Of a stretch of DNA of 56,059 nucleotides, positions 43,825 to 53,663 are shown one piece after another. The notes beneath the pieces were generated by a model that had not been told where the DNA came from, made no database searches, and was given only the letters and a program-made list of their open reading frames with translations. The DNA lies in IMG/VR virus record IMGVR_UViG_3300033004_000002, positions 1-56,059 of that record. The stretch is one strand, 5' to 3'. Made by a program: the position numbers and the translations under genes. This DNA comes from a virus. Taxonomy: Duplodnaviria > Caudoviricetes. How positions within the stretch are numbered: the stretch's first letter is position 1; each line of letters begins with the position of its first letter.

Positions 43825-44088
43825 TCACGCGGTTCGCATGTGCACGACGCCAACTGAGTCACGGTAAAGCCCGCCGACTGCCACGCCGCCCGCGGCGGCA
43901 GCCGCATCGTTGGCCGCCAGCGCTCCGCTGGCGCCGATGTTGAAGAGCGGAGGCGTATTGCCTGCCGCGATCGCCGTCACCAGCGCATCCAGCTTGACCA
44001 TGTAATCGCGAAACAGCTGCGTTGGCCGTCCGGTGGAATCGACCAGCGCAAACTGTGGATCGAACTTGGCTTTGACCGGAAGCGTCAC
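43825..44088 (-). CDS. Small tail-associated protein
   Basis: ANDAAAAAGGVAVGGLYR motif; GTGA coupling. Confidence 0.75.
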   Translation of the reverse strand: MTLPVKAKFDPQFALVDSTGRPTQLFRDYMVKLDALVTAIAAGNTPPLFNIGASGALAANDAAAAAGGVAVGGLYRDSVGVVHMRTA

Positions 44089-45794
44089 GGCAGCACCTCA
44101 CGCGGATTGTCCGACATCGTACCCCCGAGAAACGACCGATAGACCGGATCGGTGATATCGATGCGCCAGCGGGTGCCCATCGCCGTCGATTGCCCGCGGT
44201 TCTTCACCGTCGCCCGCGCCCGCTTGTTCTTGCGCTGCGGCTGCAAGGGACGGATGGCCGGGTTGTCATAGCTCCAGCCGCCATCCTTGGAACAGGAGAT
44301 CGCGACCTGCGGTTCGGCGGCGTTCGCGGTCACCGAGATATCGGTCGCGGTCCCGCCCGAGATGTAGGCGTTGACGAACACCGTGCCCTGCAGCTCGATA
44401 TGGGTGCCGTCCACCACCGTGATCGGGAAGGTGCCGTTGGCCTCCGTGGTGCCGGTCACATCAGCGACTTGAACTTCATCGCCGGTCGTCGCCAGCACCG
44501 TCTGGTTGACCGTGAGCCGGACCACGCCGCCGGTGCCGGCCGCCGCACCGGTCACGGTCATCACGTAGTTGCCCTCGACCAGGCCCGTGCCGAACACGAA
44601 ATCGAAATCGGCGCGCGCGATGCGGTGCGCTTCCGGGAAATCCCGCACCGGGCCTGACTCCATCCGGAACAGCATCGGCGAGCCGTTCTCGGTATTCGTG
44701 TCGTCATCGGGATAGAGGACGTTGCCCGACTGCGTGTCGCCCATCAGCCAGCGGCTGAAGGCCGGATGGCCGCCGACCGCGCGCCAGCGCACGTACTGCC
44801 CGGCGCTGTAGGACTGCCGCTCGTGCCATTTGCGGGTCGACAGGTTGAATTCCCAGCTCCAGTCCGGCGAGGAGATATGCCAGAACTTCTTGCCGCCGGC
44901 GATGTAGACCCCGGCATCCAACAGCTTGCCGGCCTGAATGGCGTCCTCGATCAGCTTGTCGAGATCGGGCGGCGAGACCTTGACCGGCGACAGTGAGCCC
45001 GGGTTCAGCCAGTAGACGCCATGATCCTGCGCCACCCACAACAGTTCGGAAAACCCGGTCTCGTTGCCGGCGATCGCGCCCGACTGGACGAGGCCATATT
45101 CGATCACGGTCGATCGGCTGTAGGGAAAGGCCGGTGCCGGGATCGCGGCATCCTGCCAGATCTCGCAGCCGCCGGTGGTGAACAGCAAGAGCGCCGAGGA
45201 GAACGGAATCCCGCGCAGCAAGGTCACGTCGGCCTTGGCCTGGCAGGTGATGAAGGTCAGCGCGTTCTGCGTCAGTGCGTTCAGGCCGGAGGCAAAGCAG
45301 CGGCCGTCGGCGACGGTGAAGAAGAAATAGCCGTCCTGGTTACACACCGAGTTCGGCTGCGGCAGGTTGCCGGCCCCGTTGTAAGCTGCGGGCGCACCGC
45401 CGGTCGACAATTGATAGGCGCCGTTGTCGACGTCGACCGCGACGACGTCGGGCGTGGCCGCCTGGTTGCGCGCGATCGACACCAGCTTGGTGCCGAGCAT
45501 GGTGCCGAGCACATTGACCGTGCCATTGACGTCGACCGTGGTCGCGGTGTCCTTGAACAGTTCATAGGACAGATTCTTGACCAGCAGCCCGCCGCGGTAG
45601 CCGGTCTGCCCCGTGACCGCATGCTGCAACAGGCCCGGCGAGCCCATCCATTTCTGCCGGGCCGGTCCGGTGGGCCGGCCCTGCTCCTCGAGCGGCTGCG
45701 CGTAGCAGTTGATCAGCCGCCCGCCGCCCTCCTGCGGGTTGGCGCCCGGGAACGACGACAGCGGAAACGGGATCGGGACCGGCTTCTGCAGCAT
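44085..45794 (-). CDS. Tail hub / packaged-DNA stabilisation protein (P22 gp10-like)
   Basis: G.RLIN.Y, QDGYF.F, T.KWHER, S.DGG.S, RWRI.ITDPV; beta-rich insert near the C-terminus. Confidence 0.82.
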   Translation of the reverse strand: MLQKPVPIPFPLSSFPGANPQEGGGRLINCYAQPLEEQGRPTGPARQKWMGSPGLLQHAVTGQTGYRGGLLVKNLSYELFKDTATTVDVNGTVNVLGTMLGTKLVSIARNQAATPDVVAVDVDNGAYQLSTGGAPAAYNGAGNLPQPNSVCNQDGYFFFTVADGRCFASGLNALTQNALTFITCQAKADVTLLRGIPFSSALLLFTTGGCEIWQDAAIPAPAFPYSRSTVIEYGLVQSGAIAGNETGFSELLWVAQDHGVYWLNPGSLSPVKVSPPDLDKLIEDAIQAGKLLDAGVYIAGGKKFWHISSPDWSWEFNLSTRKWHERQSYSAGQYVRWRAVGGHPAFSRWLMGDTQSGNVLYPDDDTNTENGSPMLFRMESGPVRDFPEAHRIARADFDFVFGTGLVEGNYVMTVTGAAAGTGGVVRLTVNQTVLATTGDEVQVADVTGTTEANGTFPITVVDGTHIELQGTVFVNAYISGGTATDISVTANAAEPQVAISCSKDGGWSYDNPAIRPLQPQRKNKRARATVKNRGQSTAMGTRWRIDITDPVYRSFLGGTMSDNPREVLP

Positions 45795-45795
45795 C

Positions 45796-46191
45796 TCAGA
45801 AACACTGCATCCGCTGCACTTCGTAGGTCGGCTTGCCGCGCGTGATGATCTTCAGCGACTTCGCCGCCGTGCCCGCGCCGATCTCGACCGCGCCCGCCCC
45901 GCCCAGCCCCTTGTTGACCAGCGTCATCAACTCCTCGCCGACGATCCCAAGCGAGGATCCGCATTCGCCGGCAACGATGTCGGCAAGATCGGAGAACCAG
46001 TCGCCCGGGATGTTGTCCGGATCGGCGACGTAGGCGATCTCCAAACCTGCGATCTTGCGCAGGATCGAATCCAGCTGCGTGCTGACGTTGGCGACATCCT
46101 CGACATCGGGCGGGTTGCCGATCGAAAGCACGCCGGCGCGCTGCAGCACCAGCGTGATCAGGTCGGAGGAGGTGCGGAAGGGGCCGGCCAT
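45796..46191 (-). CDS. Head-tail adaptor (P22 gp4-like)
   Basis: T..DLI..VL...GV...G..P..ED; size and position. Confidence 0.7.
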   Translation of the reverse strand: MAGPFRTSSDLITLVLQRAGVLSIGNPPDVEDVANVSTQLDSILRKIAGLEIAYVADPDNIPGDWFSDLADIVAGECGSSLGIVGEELMTLVNKGLGGAGAVEIGAGTAAKSLKIITRGKPTYEVQRMQCF

Positions 46192-46194
46192 GAC

Positions 46195-46722
46195 CTACCA
46201 GGGCAGCTGCGTGAAGCCGTGGCGTAGCCACACTTGCGCCAGCTGCGCCTCGGTGAGTTCGTCGCGCTTGGCGAGGTCGTGCAGCCTGGGCATGAACAGG
46301 TTGCCGATGAAGTCGTAATCGTCGGTGCCGACGCCGCAGACCTGGCGCATCTCGCGTTCCTTGGAGAACCGCGCGATCAGGTCTTCGGCATGCTCGAAGC
46401 TCGGCAGCTTCAGCCATTCCACGATGTACTGGCGATACTCTTCGGCCGTCGTCGGATCCTTGGCGGGGTCGCGTTTCGGCTTGGCGTTGCCGACCCGGAA
46501 ATGCCGGTTGTCGCGCGCCCGTTCGATCAGGCTCGCGTTCAGCTTCTCGCGCTCGGTGCCGCCGGCATGGCCCTTGATTTCCTTCGGAATGTTGGCCTCG
46601 AAGGTGTGGCCGCACCAGGTGGTGCGGACCGGGTCCATCGGACCGGGCACATAGGTCACGGTCTCCACCACCGGCTCATGGACCGGTTCGGACTCTTCGA
46701 CGGTACGCGGAGCTTTGGCCAT
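46195..46722 (-). CDS. Hypothetical virion-module protein
   Basis: AAGGA RBS; high GC3. Confidence 0.75.
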   Translation of the reverse strand: MAKAPRTVEESEPVHEPVVETVTYVPGPMDPVRTTWCGHTFEANIPKEIKGHAGGTEREKLNASLIERARDNRHFRVGNAKPKRDPAKDPTTAEEYRQYIVEWLKLPSFEHAEDLIARFSKEREMRQVCGVGTDDYDFIGNLFMPRLHDLAKRDELTEAQLAQVWLRHGFTQLPW

Positions 46723-46739
46723 TCATGATATCCTTTCTT

Positions 46740-46896
46740 GATTGAAGTGGACGTCTTTCCGCCCTGCCATCGGTTTGATCGGCTTTCGACGACCGACCCT
46801 CACGCATCCAGCGCACAGCATGTCTTTCAATGCCTATGGGGCGCTTCACCGAAACCCACGGCTCGGAAGTCCGGACGACGTATCGTCCGGACTAAT
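46740..46896 (-). ncRNA. Structured intergenic element
   Basis: Perfect 11-bp hairpin AGTCCGGACGA-TACG-TCGTCCGGACT plus several hairpins with GAAA-containing loops. Confidence 0.4.
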
Positions 46897-46900
46897 CGCG

Positions 46901-47413
46901 TTACATGTCGTTGTTCGGCGCGTAGGCCAGCACGCAGGTCACCGATCCTGCGGTCGCCGCGGTGCCGGTCTGGGCGTACTTGGCCCACAGCGTCACGTCG
47001 GCGGCCGAGGTGGCGTTGAGCCCAAGGCCGAGCGCGGAGGTCAGATGCTGCACCGTGGCCGAGGCCTCGTTCAGGTCGCCGGTGCCGAACACCTCGTTGG
47101 CGCTGGTCTTGGTGGTGCCCAGCGTCACCACGTTGGTGGTCGAGGCGTTGAACGCGGTGGTCACATGGCAATCGATCGAGTGGATGTACCAGTTCTGCCC
47201 CAGCGCTCCGAACGCAGCGCCGGAGGCGATGCCCGGATCGTTGAAGTTGATCGTCAGCCGATAGTAGTGCAGCTCCTGCCGCGAGGCGTCCCGCTTGCTC
47301 ATGATGCGGGTCTGGTCGACGTTGAGCGCGAACGCGGCGGTGACCGCAAACGCAGTCAGGATGAGCGCGGCAATCGCCTTGCCCCATCCCTTGAGGAGAG
47401 TGTTCAGTTTCAT
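46901..47413 (-). CDS. Capsid decoration/cement-like protein with N-terminal signal peptide
   Basis: Directly after the capsid gene; VTTAFNA.TTN...G...T.ATAG beta sandwich; signal ...TAAFA|L. Confidence 0.75.
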   Translation of the reverse strand: MKLNTLLKGWGKAIAALILTAFAVTAAFALNVDQTRIMSKRDASRQELHYYRLTINFNDPGIASGAAFGALGQNWYIHSIDCHVTTAFNASTTNVVTLGTTKTSANEVFGTGDLNEASATVQHLTSALGLGLNATSAADVTLWAKYAQTGTAATAGSVTCVLAYAPNNDM

Positions 47414-47504
47414 GGCTTGGCCTCCAATGGCCGGATGATTTGTCAGGTGAGAGGAGGCAGCGCGGAGTGATGCCGCGCTGCCGGTTGCATCACGCCATCA
47501 GGCC

Positions 47505-48668
47505 TTAGTTGTCGGCGACCGCCGCGAAGAAGCCGGTGAACGTACCCCAGTCCTTGAAGTTGCCGGCGGCGTTAAGCTTGGCGATCTTGCCAACTCCGTA
47601 AGCCATCTTGATGCCAACACCACGGATGAACTGATAGTCGTCCTCTTTCCGGAAGGTATTGGTCGGCATCTGACCCCAGCACCAGGCGACCGCCTGCTGA
47701 CCGCAGAGAAATGCAGGTGCAACCTGCCCCGCGCCGGAGCCGGCGTTGGTGTAGAACACCGGCAGCCGCAGCGAGAGTTCGGGAATCTCCCGGATGATCA
47801 CGCCGTTGTACAAAAGATCGCCGTCGACGAAGATCGGGTTCTTCAGGTAGCCCTGCTGTTCCCTTGCGCGCGAGTTCTGGTTCGCGGTCTTGATGTCGGT
47901 GTCTTGCTGCGCGTCGCGGAACTGCTCCTGACCGACGAACAGCACGAACCACTCGGTGCCGTTCTCCTTCAGCTTGAACGGACGGATGCGCGGGTTGGCC
48001 TTCTTCGCGCTCCGCTTCATCCGGTTGACCAGCGCGCCCGACAGCGTCATGGCGGCGGTGATGTTGGCCATCGAGGCCGCGAAGTTGCCCGCGACGAGGT
48101 TCGCCGTATTGCCCGAACCGATCAGGATGCGGTCGGCGTTATCGGTGATCCAGGTGTTGCGCTGGGCTGCGGTGGCCGCATCGAACAGGATCCCGTTGAC
48201 GCGCTGGCCGAGCGCGGAGCCGAGACCGGCAGGTGCAGCCTGCGAGGGAATCGCATAGAAACCGTCGCAGATTTCGTCGCGCTGCTTTTCCTGGCCCCAG
48301 TCGACCAGTTTCGGCTTGAACTCGCCGAACAGGTCGATCGAGGATTTGTTTTCATCGGCATTATTGACCGCGACCGCGTGCCGCGCCCAGTCGATCCAGA
48401 AGCGCGTGCCCTGGTTGTCAACCTGTTCTTCGTTGCCGACCAGCGGGCCGACGCCGACGCCTTGCGCATTGAGACGGGCAGACAACGGAATGTTGATCTG
48501 CTCGCCGCCCATCTTGCCGCCCTTGTCGAGGTCGGTGATCACGCGAATGATCGCGTTCTCGGACGGGCCCATGTAGGGCGAAAAGAGATTCTCGCGGACG
48601 TATTCCCGGAAGATCTGCTTGCGGAATACGACAAGCTTGTTGTTGCCAGAGGTGGTCGTGAGCGCCAT
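47505..48668 (-). CDS. Major capsid protein (N4-gp56/DUF4043-like)
   Basis: F.PYMG....II....L...GE.I.I.L...L.GNEE; NPIF.....YNGV.I.E; L.G.QA...WG; DY.F..G. Confidence 0.9.
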   Translation of the reverse strand: MALTTTSGNNKLVVFRKQIFREYVRENLFSPYMGPSENAIIRVITDLDKGGKMGGEQINIPLSARLNAQGVGVGPLVGNEEQVDNQGTRFWIDWARHAVAVNNADENKSSIDLFGEFKPKLVDWGQEKQRDEICDGFYAIPSQAAPAGLGSALGQRVNGILFDAATAAQRNTWITDNADRILIGSGNTANLVAGNFAASMANITAAMTLSGALVNRMKRSAKKANPRIRPFKLKENGTEWFVLFVGQEQFRDAQQDTDIKTANQNSRAREQQGYLKNPIFVDGDLLYNGVIIREIPELSLRLPVFYTNAGSGAGQVAPAFLCGQQAVAWCWGQMPTNTFRKEDDYQFIRGVGIKMAYGVGKIAKLNAAGNFKDWGTFTGFFAAVADN

Positions 48669-48784
48669 TGGGGCGGCCCTTTCAAAAAAAGGCCTCGCGC
48701 CAAGACGGCGGCAGTCAAACCGGCACTTACTCGCGACCGATCACTCGGTCGCGGCAGGCTTCGTCATTTTGGAAAGGCGCAGTC

Positions 48785-49837
48785 CTAACGCCAGGCGGCG
48801 TCTGCGATGGCTTGCGGCGAATCGTCGTACTGGTCCGGATCGACCCTTGAGGTTCCGACGTTGGAGCCCTGGGCGCCATTCAGCGACTTCGGCAAGCGTG
48901 TGGTGGTACGCGGTCGACCATCTTCCCCAACGCTCGCTTCCTGTCGCATGGAGGCGACGATCTGCTTGACGAACTCGGGGTCTTTCATGAGGGCTTCGCG
49001 GGTTTCCTTGGCGACACGCTCGCGATACGCAACGAAATCGTCGCCAACTTCAGCGCGGGTCTGCTCGCGCTTGTGCCACTTGATCATTGCCTCACCGGGG
49101 TTCGGTGCGGCAAGGATACGCTGAACAGTGGCGCGCGCCTCGGGGTCCTGATGGTTGAGCGATGTCATCGCTCCATAGGCTTGTTCGAACGTCTCCTTGT
49201 GGAGCGCGTGCGCAATCGCCATGGAGTTTTCGACACGCAGGTTCCTGATCTCGTTGACCAGAGGCGCGACCTGCGCCTTGATCCCATCGTCGAGATAGGT
49301 AAACACCCCGTCCGGATTTTCGAAGATGTCGGGCCTGGTGGCGGCCTTCGGCGGTTCGGCAGCCTTGGCAGGCTCCCGAGGCGCGGTCTTGAGTGCCGCG
49401 ATCTCCCGCATGACCAGATCGAGCTGCGCCTTGCTTTCGGCCTTGTCTCGCTCGATCGCCGCCTTGAGCGCATCACGCTCGGCTTCCGCTGCACGCGCCC
49501 GCTCGTTGGCCTCCCGTAACTTTCCCGGAGGAATGCGCCCTTCGGACTCGGTACGCACGGGCTGGGTCTCGCCGGGCTTGGCGGCCGTGGGTTCAACCAC
49601 CGGCTCGGCTTCGCCCTCGCCTTCGGCGTCTTCACCTTCGGCTTCTTCGCCTTCGGTTTCGTCCTCGCCTTCTTCGGCTTCGTGCTGACCCTCCAGACCG
49701 TCGCCCAGATCCTCCAGCGAACGATCGCCGGATGCATCCAAGGCTTCCGTCTCTTCGTTGTCCCACGCAAATCCCGCGATCTCTTTCTCGGTCTCGATCA
49801 TTGCGGCTTCGATCGGATCGCTACTCGCTGTTGCCAT
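48785..49837 (-). CDS. Scaffolding protein
   Basis: Acidic N-terminus, IPP..L.E..ER coiled coil, PDIFENP, P.SL; upstream of the capsid gene. Confidence 0.82.
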   Translation of the reverse strand: MATASSDPIEAAMIETEKEIAGFAWDNEETEALDASGDRSLEDLGDGLEGQHEAEEGEDETEGEEAEGEDAEGEGEAEPVVEPTAAKPGETQPVRTESEGRIPPGKLREANERARAAEAERDALKAAIERDKAESKAQLDLVMREIAALKTAPREPAKAAEPPKAATRPDIFENPDGVFTYLDDGIKAQVAPLVNEIRNLRVENSMAIAHALHKETFEQAYGAMTSLNHQDPEARATVQRILAAPNPGEAMIKWHKREQTRAEVGDDFVAYRERVAKETREALMKDPEFVKQIVASMRQEASVGEDGRPRTTTRLPKSLNGAQGSNVGTSRVDPDQYDDSPQAIADAAWR

Positions 49838-49862
49838 GATGGTCGACTCTCATTCTCTCTTA

Positions 49863-49997
49863 ATCGCGTTTCGTGCGATGACGGCGGCCCACTTTGTCTT
49901 GCGCTGGGGCCGGGTTAAGCGCCGTGCCGTCTGGTGGACACCTCCCGCAGGGTTCATAGCCGGCAACCCGTGACTGCCGTGCGCCGTTTCGTGGCGC
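49863..49997 (-). promoter_or_regulatory. Two hairpins with the identical loop ACGAAAC in the scaffold leader
   Basis: GCGCC-ACGAAAC-GGCGC (49981-49997) and ATCGC-ACGAAAC-GCGAT (49863-49879): different stems, same loop. Confidence 0.6.
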
Positions 49998-50008
49998 GGA
50001 CGAAGGGG

Positions 50009-50317
50009 TCAGTTGGCGATCACTGTTTCGCCAGCCAGGATTTCCTGCTGCTGCCGGTTGATCTCGATCGCGGTCTGCAGCGACTCGATCAGGATGGCGG
50101 CGGACTGCGGCGTGCAGCGCAGATGCGCCACGCAGACCATCTCGCCGCTCACACTGCCGTCGGGCTTGGGCTGCAGATAGCGCGCGGTCAGCTCGACCTC
50201 GACATTGCCGTTGAACGAGCCGCGCACCGGCGCGCTGTCGAAATAGATCAAGGGCGCGGTCGCGGCGTTCTTCATCATCGGAATGGACGCGGCCGGCGGC
50301 GTTGATCGGAGGGACAT
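50009..50317 (-). CDS. Hypothetical protein
   Basis: AP.IYFD...G...G.V.VEL...VAHLRC pattern; AGGA RBS. Confidence 0.75.
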   Translation of the reverse strand: MSLRSTPPAASIPMMKNAATAPLIYFDSAPVRGSFNGNVEVELTARYLQPKPDGSVSGEMVCVAHLRCTPQSAAILIESLQTAIEINRQQQEILAGETVIAN

Positions 50318-50332
50318 GAGGGGCTATTCCTG

Positions 50333-50776
50333 TTACTGCGCGAGGTAGCCGACGTTCAGCGTGATCCCGGTCGCGGCGTTGGTGTTGTCGTTGTCGGCTT
50401 GGCCGGCGACGATGCAGAAGCCGATGCCGGCCGTGAAGCGTGTGTCATCGAAGCCGATGGAAATGACGCCAGTCGAGGTCGTGGTCGGCGGCAAGGGAAT
50501 GGTGACCTGCGGCGTATCGGTGCCGCAGGTCGGCGCAGTCGCCTTGTTGTAGAACTTCAGGTAATAGATCGTCGCCGTGTTGTTGTAGACGATGATCCAT
50601 TTCAGGATGTTCTGGCCAGCGCCCGAGACCAGCGTCGAATTGTTGGACGCCTGCGACAGGTAATGAAACGGGATCGCCTGCAGCGACTGCGCCCGCGCGT
50701 CGGCCGACGCAAACGCGACAACTGCCGCAAGAAGCGCAGCGGCGACTCGCATCAGCTTTCCATTGATTGACATCAT
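50333..50776 (-). CDS. Secreted-type beta-sandwich virion accessory protein
   Basis: Signal ...DARA|Q; YLKFYNKATAPT.GTDTP, F..GI. Confidence 0.78.
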   Translation of the reverse strand: MMSINGKLMRVAAALLAAVVAFASADARAQSLQAIPFHYLSQASNNSTLVSGAGQNILKWIIVYNNTATIYYLKFYNKATAPTCGTDTPQVTIPLPPTTTSTGVISIGFDDTRFTAGIGFCIVAGQADNDNTNAATGITLNVGYLAQ

Positions 50777-51663
50777 TGCCGATACCCCCATGCCGAGACG
50801 GACACCACACCGCCGGAGCCTGGAGCTGCCGAAATCACTGCAATAGCCTGATTGGCACCAGAGGCAGGAATGCAGGCCCTGCCGAACGGTGGTTCAGTGA
50901 TTCCGATGCCACTCGCGAGAGGTGCGGTCCATTGCGTGAAATTCATCGTTCCGGTTATTGTGCCCGTGACCGTCGCATTGCCCGTTGCAGCCGCGGTCGC
51001 ATTCGCACGGATCGAAAATCCGCAAATATATGTCGTGGTGGTCGAACTCGCCGCCAGCGTTGCAGTGGTCGCGCCCGTCGTTCCCGTAGCCGATGCGGTA
51101 ATCGGAATGGCACCCAGCGGATATAACGACGTCAGCGTGACCGGAAAGTTGTTGTCGGCCATTACGGAGGAGATCGCTGTCGATCCCAGCATGGCAACGT
51201 TGACGCTGCCGCTCGCAATGTTGGTTCCGACGATCCGGATCGCCGACATGCCGGCGGCATTGATTTGGAAGATACCATTGGCTGTGATGGCCGTAACGGA
51301 GGCGCCGCTCGTCAAGGAGACGGCCGTCGTTACACCCCACGTCGCGCTGGCTGCGCCGACCTGGCCATAATCGACCGATGCCTGCACCTGCAACGCGCCG
51401 GTCCACGTCCCCGTGACGGAAAGACCAACCGTCGATTGTCCGTCGACGGGAATGACGACAGAATCGTTGGTCGACGCGATCGACCGGGACGTCGCAGCCC
51501 CACTGCATGGCACAGCCTGGGACTGACTGTTCAGGCACATGACGACTTTGCCGTCGACCTGAGAACCGCCCGGTGTCGTAAACGAGCTTTGGGCCCGCGC
51601 GGAAAATGCTGCGAGCGAGAACAGCAGCGAGAGTGTGACAGCGCGGATGATACCCAAGATCAT
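50773..51663 (-). CDS. Secreted-type S/T/A-rich virion accessory protein
   Basis: Signal ...SARA|Q; two beta-rich domains; ATGA coupling to the portal. Confidence 0.78.
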   Translation of the reverse strand: MILGIIRAVTLSLLFSLAAFSARAQSSFTTPGGSQVDGKVVMCLNSQSQAVPCSGAATSRSIASTNDSVVIPVDGQSTVGLSVTGTWTGALQVQASVDYGQVGAASATWGVTTAVSLTSGASVTAITANGIFQINAAGMSAIRIVGTNIASGSVNVAMLGSTAISSVMADNNFPVTLTSLYPLGAIPITASATGTTGATTATLAASSTTTTYICGFSIRANATAAATGNATVTGTITGTMNFTQWTAPLASGIGITEPPFGRACIPASGANQAIAVISAAPGSGGVVSVSAWGYRQ

Positions 51664-53660
51664 GGCATTGCCTGCGGCTGTGGTTGCGGCAACGGTTGCG
51701 GACCGCCCGCCCTGCCAGCTTGCGGCGGCTGCTGCCCGGCCTGCGCAATGCGATGCGCATCGAACAGCGTGTCACGGACATATTCGGCTGCGGCCAGATG
51801 CAGGTTGGTCTGGGCGTGCCCGACGCCGGCCCGTTTCTCTTCCGCCGTGGCCGCGGCCTGGTCGGCGTTGGCTAGCAGCTTCTGGGTTTCGGCCGCGGTC
51901 TTGGCATTGCGGCCCGCGACGCCTTCGAGCTGCAGCCGCTTGACCAACTCGGCCATCGGATCGGGCGGTTGCGGCTTCGGCGCGAGCAGCTGCAGCGCGC
52001 GATCCTTTTCCGAGCGCGGCATGCTCGGGTCCATCTCGATCAGCACCTGCGGTGGGATCGAGCCCGGCGGCAGCTGCCACAACTTGTTGGAGAGTTCCTC
52101 CATCATCGAGATCAGGTCCGGGCCCTGGTCGAGCACGATATCGACGTCGAGTGCGCCCACCGCGTTGACGATGACGGGGCGGCCCATTTCGTCGACATCG
52201 ACGCCGTTCAACTGGATGAACTGCGCCAGCTTGTCGTTGGAGTTGACCCGGATCCAGCGCTCCGCGGTCCAGTGCCGCTGAATCGCGTTCCAGATCGAGC
52301 GATAGATATCGAGCTTCCAGGAGCGATGCGCCAGCACGAACGGCCCCAGTTCGGCCATGCCTGGCTGCCGCAACAGTTCGATCGCCTTGCCGGAAATGTT
52401 GGTGATGCCGCCCGGCCCGCCCATCGCCGCAAGATCGGCATTGGCGAAGCCGTCGAGCTCTTTCTTCGCGTCGTCCGTGAAGGTCGAGAACACGGCGATT
52501 TCCGGCTTGGAATCGTTGATCTCAAATTTCTTTTGCGGATTGACCTCGATCACGCCGTCATGCCGCGCCGCTTCCCGCCGCGCGGTTTCGACGTCGTCGA
52601 CGGCGCCCTTCTCCAGGATCAGCCGGCGCGAGTTGGCCAGCGCCAACATCTTGGACTTGCCCTGGTTGAGCGCATCCTGCGGCCCCTTGAAGTTGCGAAC
52701 GAAGGAATAGCGGTCGCCGTCATGATCGACCATCGGGCCGAACATCTTGAACGAGGACTCGCTGTTGCCGCGGTCATCGGCGAATGGCGAGAGGCCCTGA
52801 TCCAGAAGCACGTTGGCGCAGTAGAACGCCCAGCACCATTTGCCCCGATGCTTGTACCAGTGTTCGATCATGCGCACGCGGCGTTGTGCGAGGATCATCC
52901 ACTTGATCTCGCGATCGGGATTGGTGGTCAGATCGCTGTCGCCCTGGAACAGGCCTTCGAGGTCGTCGCGGCGCTCGGGAAACATTTCCGCCGCGGCCTC
53001 GACGTCCATCCACTTCATGATGCCTTCGTAGCGGACATCCTTGAAGTTGAAGGCGTAGGAGCGCGGGTCATAGAAATACTCGTCGCCGATGACCGGGTGC
53101 AGCCCGATATCAGGGTCGCCCTTGTCGCCCTGGCGCAGGATCAGTTGTACGCCGCCGATCGCCTCGATGCCCACTTGCAGAAGGCAGGACGGCTCAATCG
53201 TGGTCTTGAACTGGTTGGCGTCGCAGACGTAGCGGATCGACTGCGTGGCGATCTCGGCTCCGGCTTCGCTCTTCGGGTTGCGCCCCATCGCCTTGGGGTC
53301 GCAGCGCATGCGCTCGACCTGGCCGACGATGCCATTGATCTTCCGTCCGACGCGGTTCCATATCTGTTCTGGCTGATGCCGCAGCCGCAACACCTTGCGC
53401 TGCTCGGCGGTCAGCTGCGCGCCGTGGTAGTAGCGGCGGGAGTCCTTCTGTTCCTCGATCTCCTCGACCTTGCCGCCGAGATAGTCCTGCAGCTGGCGAT
53501 GCAGCGTGATGACAGGAAGGAACTGCCCGCTGTCGTCCTCGCCGACCGTGTTGTCGCGCTTGTCCTCGTCCGGATTGTTGTCGCCGCGCACAAGCGGCGC
53601 CATCCGCGCGCGATCGGCGCGCGCCATGGTGGCGGACAAGGCTGCGTCAGACAGGGGCAT
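51660..53660 (-). CDS. Portal protein (P22-like)
   Basis: YYHG.Q.T....L..R.QP...NR...KIN...G; YDPRS; V.N..GPQD..N; SG.AI; N.V..LDVDI..D.GP. Confidence 0.92.
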   Translation of the reverse strand: MPLSDAALSATMARADRARMAPLVRGDNNPDEDKRDNTVGEDDSGQFLPVITLHRQLQDYLGGKVEEIEEQKDSRRYYHGAQLTAEQRKVLRLRHQPEQIWNRVGRKINGIVGQVERMRCDPKAMGRNPKSEAGAEIATQSIRYVCDANQFKTTIEPSCLLQVGIEAIGGVQLILRQGDKGDPDIGLHPVIGDEYFYDPRSYAFNFKDVRYEGIMKWMDVEAAAEMFPERRDDLEGLFQGDSDLTTNPDREIKWMILAQRRVRMIEHWYKHRGKWCWAFYCANVLLDQGLSPFADDRGNSESSFKMFGPMVDHDGDRYSFVRNFKGPQDALNQGKSKMLALANSRRLILEKGAVDDVETARREAARHDGVIEVNPQKKFEINDSKPEIAVFSTFTDDAKKELDGFANADLAAMGGPGGITNISGKAIELLRQPGMAELGPFVLAHRSWKLDIYRSIWNAIQRHWTAERWIRVNSNDKLAQFIQLNGVDVDEMGRPVIVNAVGALDVDIVLDQGPDLISMMEELSNKLWQLPPGSIPPQVLIEMDPSMPRSEKDRALQLLAPKPQPPDPMAELVKRLQLEGVAGRNAKTAAETQKLLANADQAAATAEEKRAGVGHAQTNLHLAAAEYVRDTLFDAHRIAQAGQQPPQAGRAGGPQPLPQPQPQAMP

Positions 53661-53663
53661 GGA

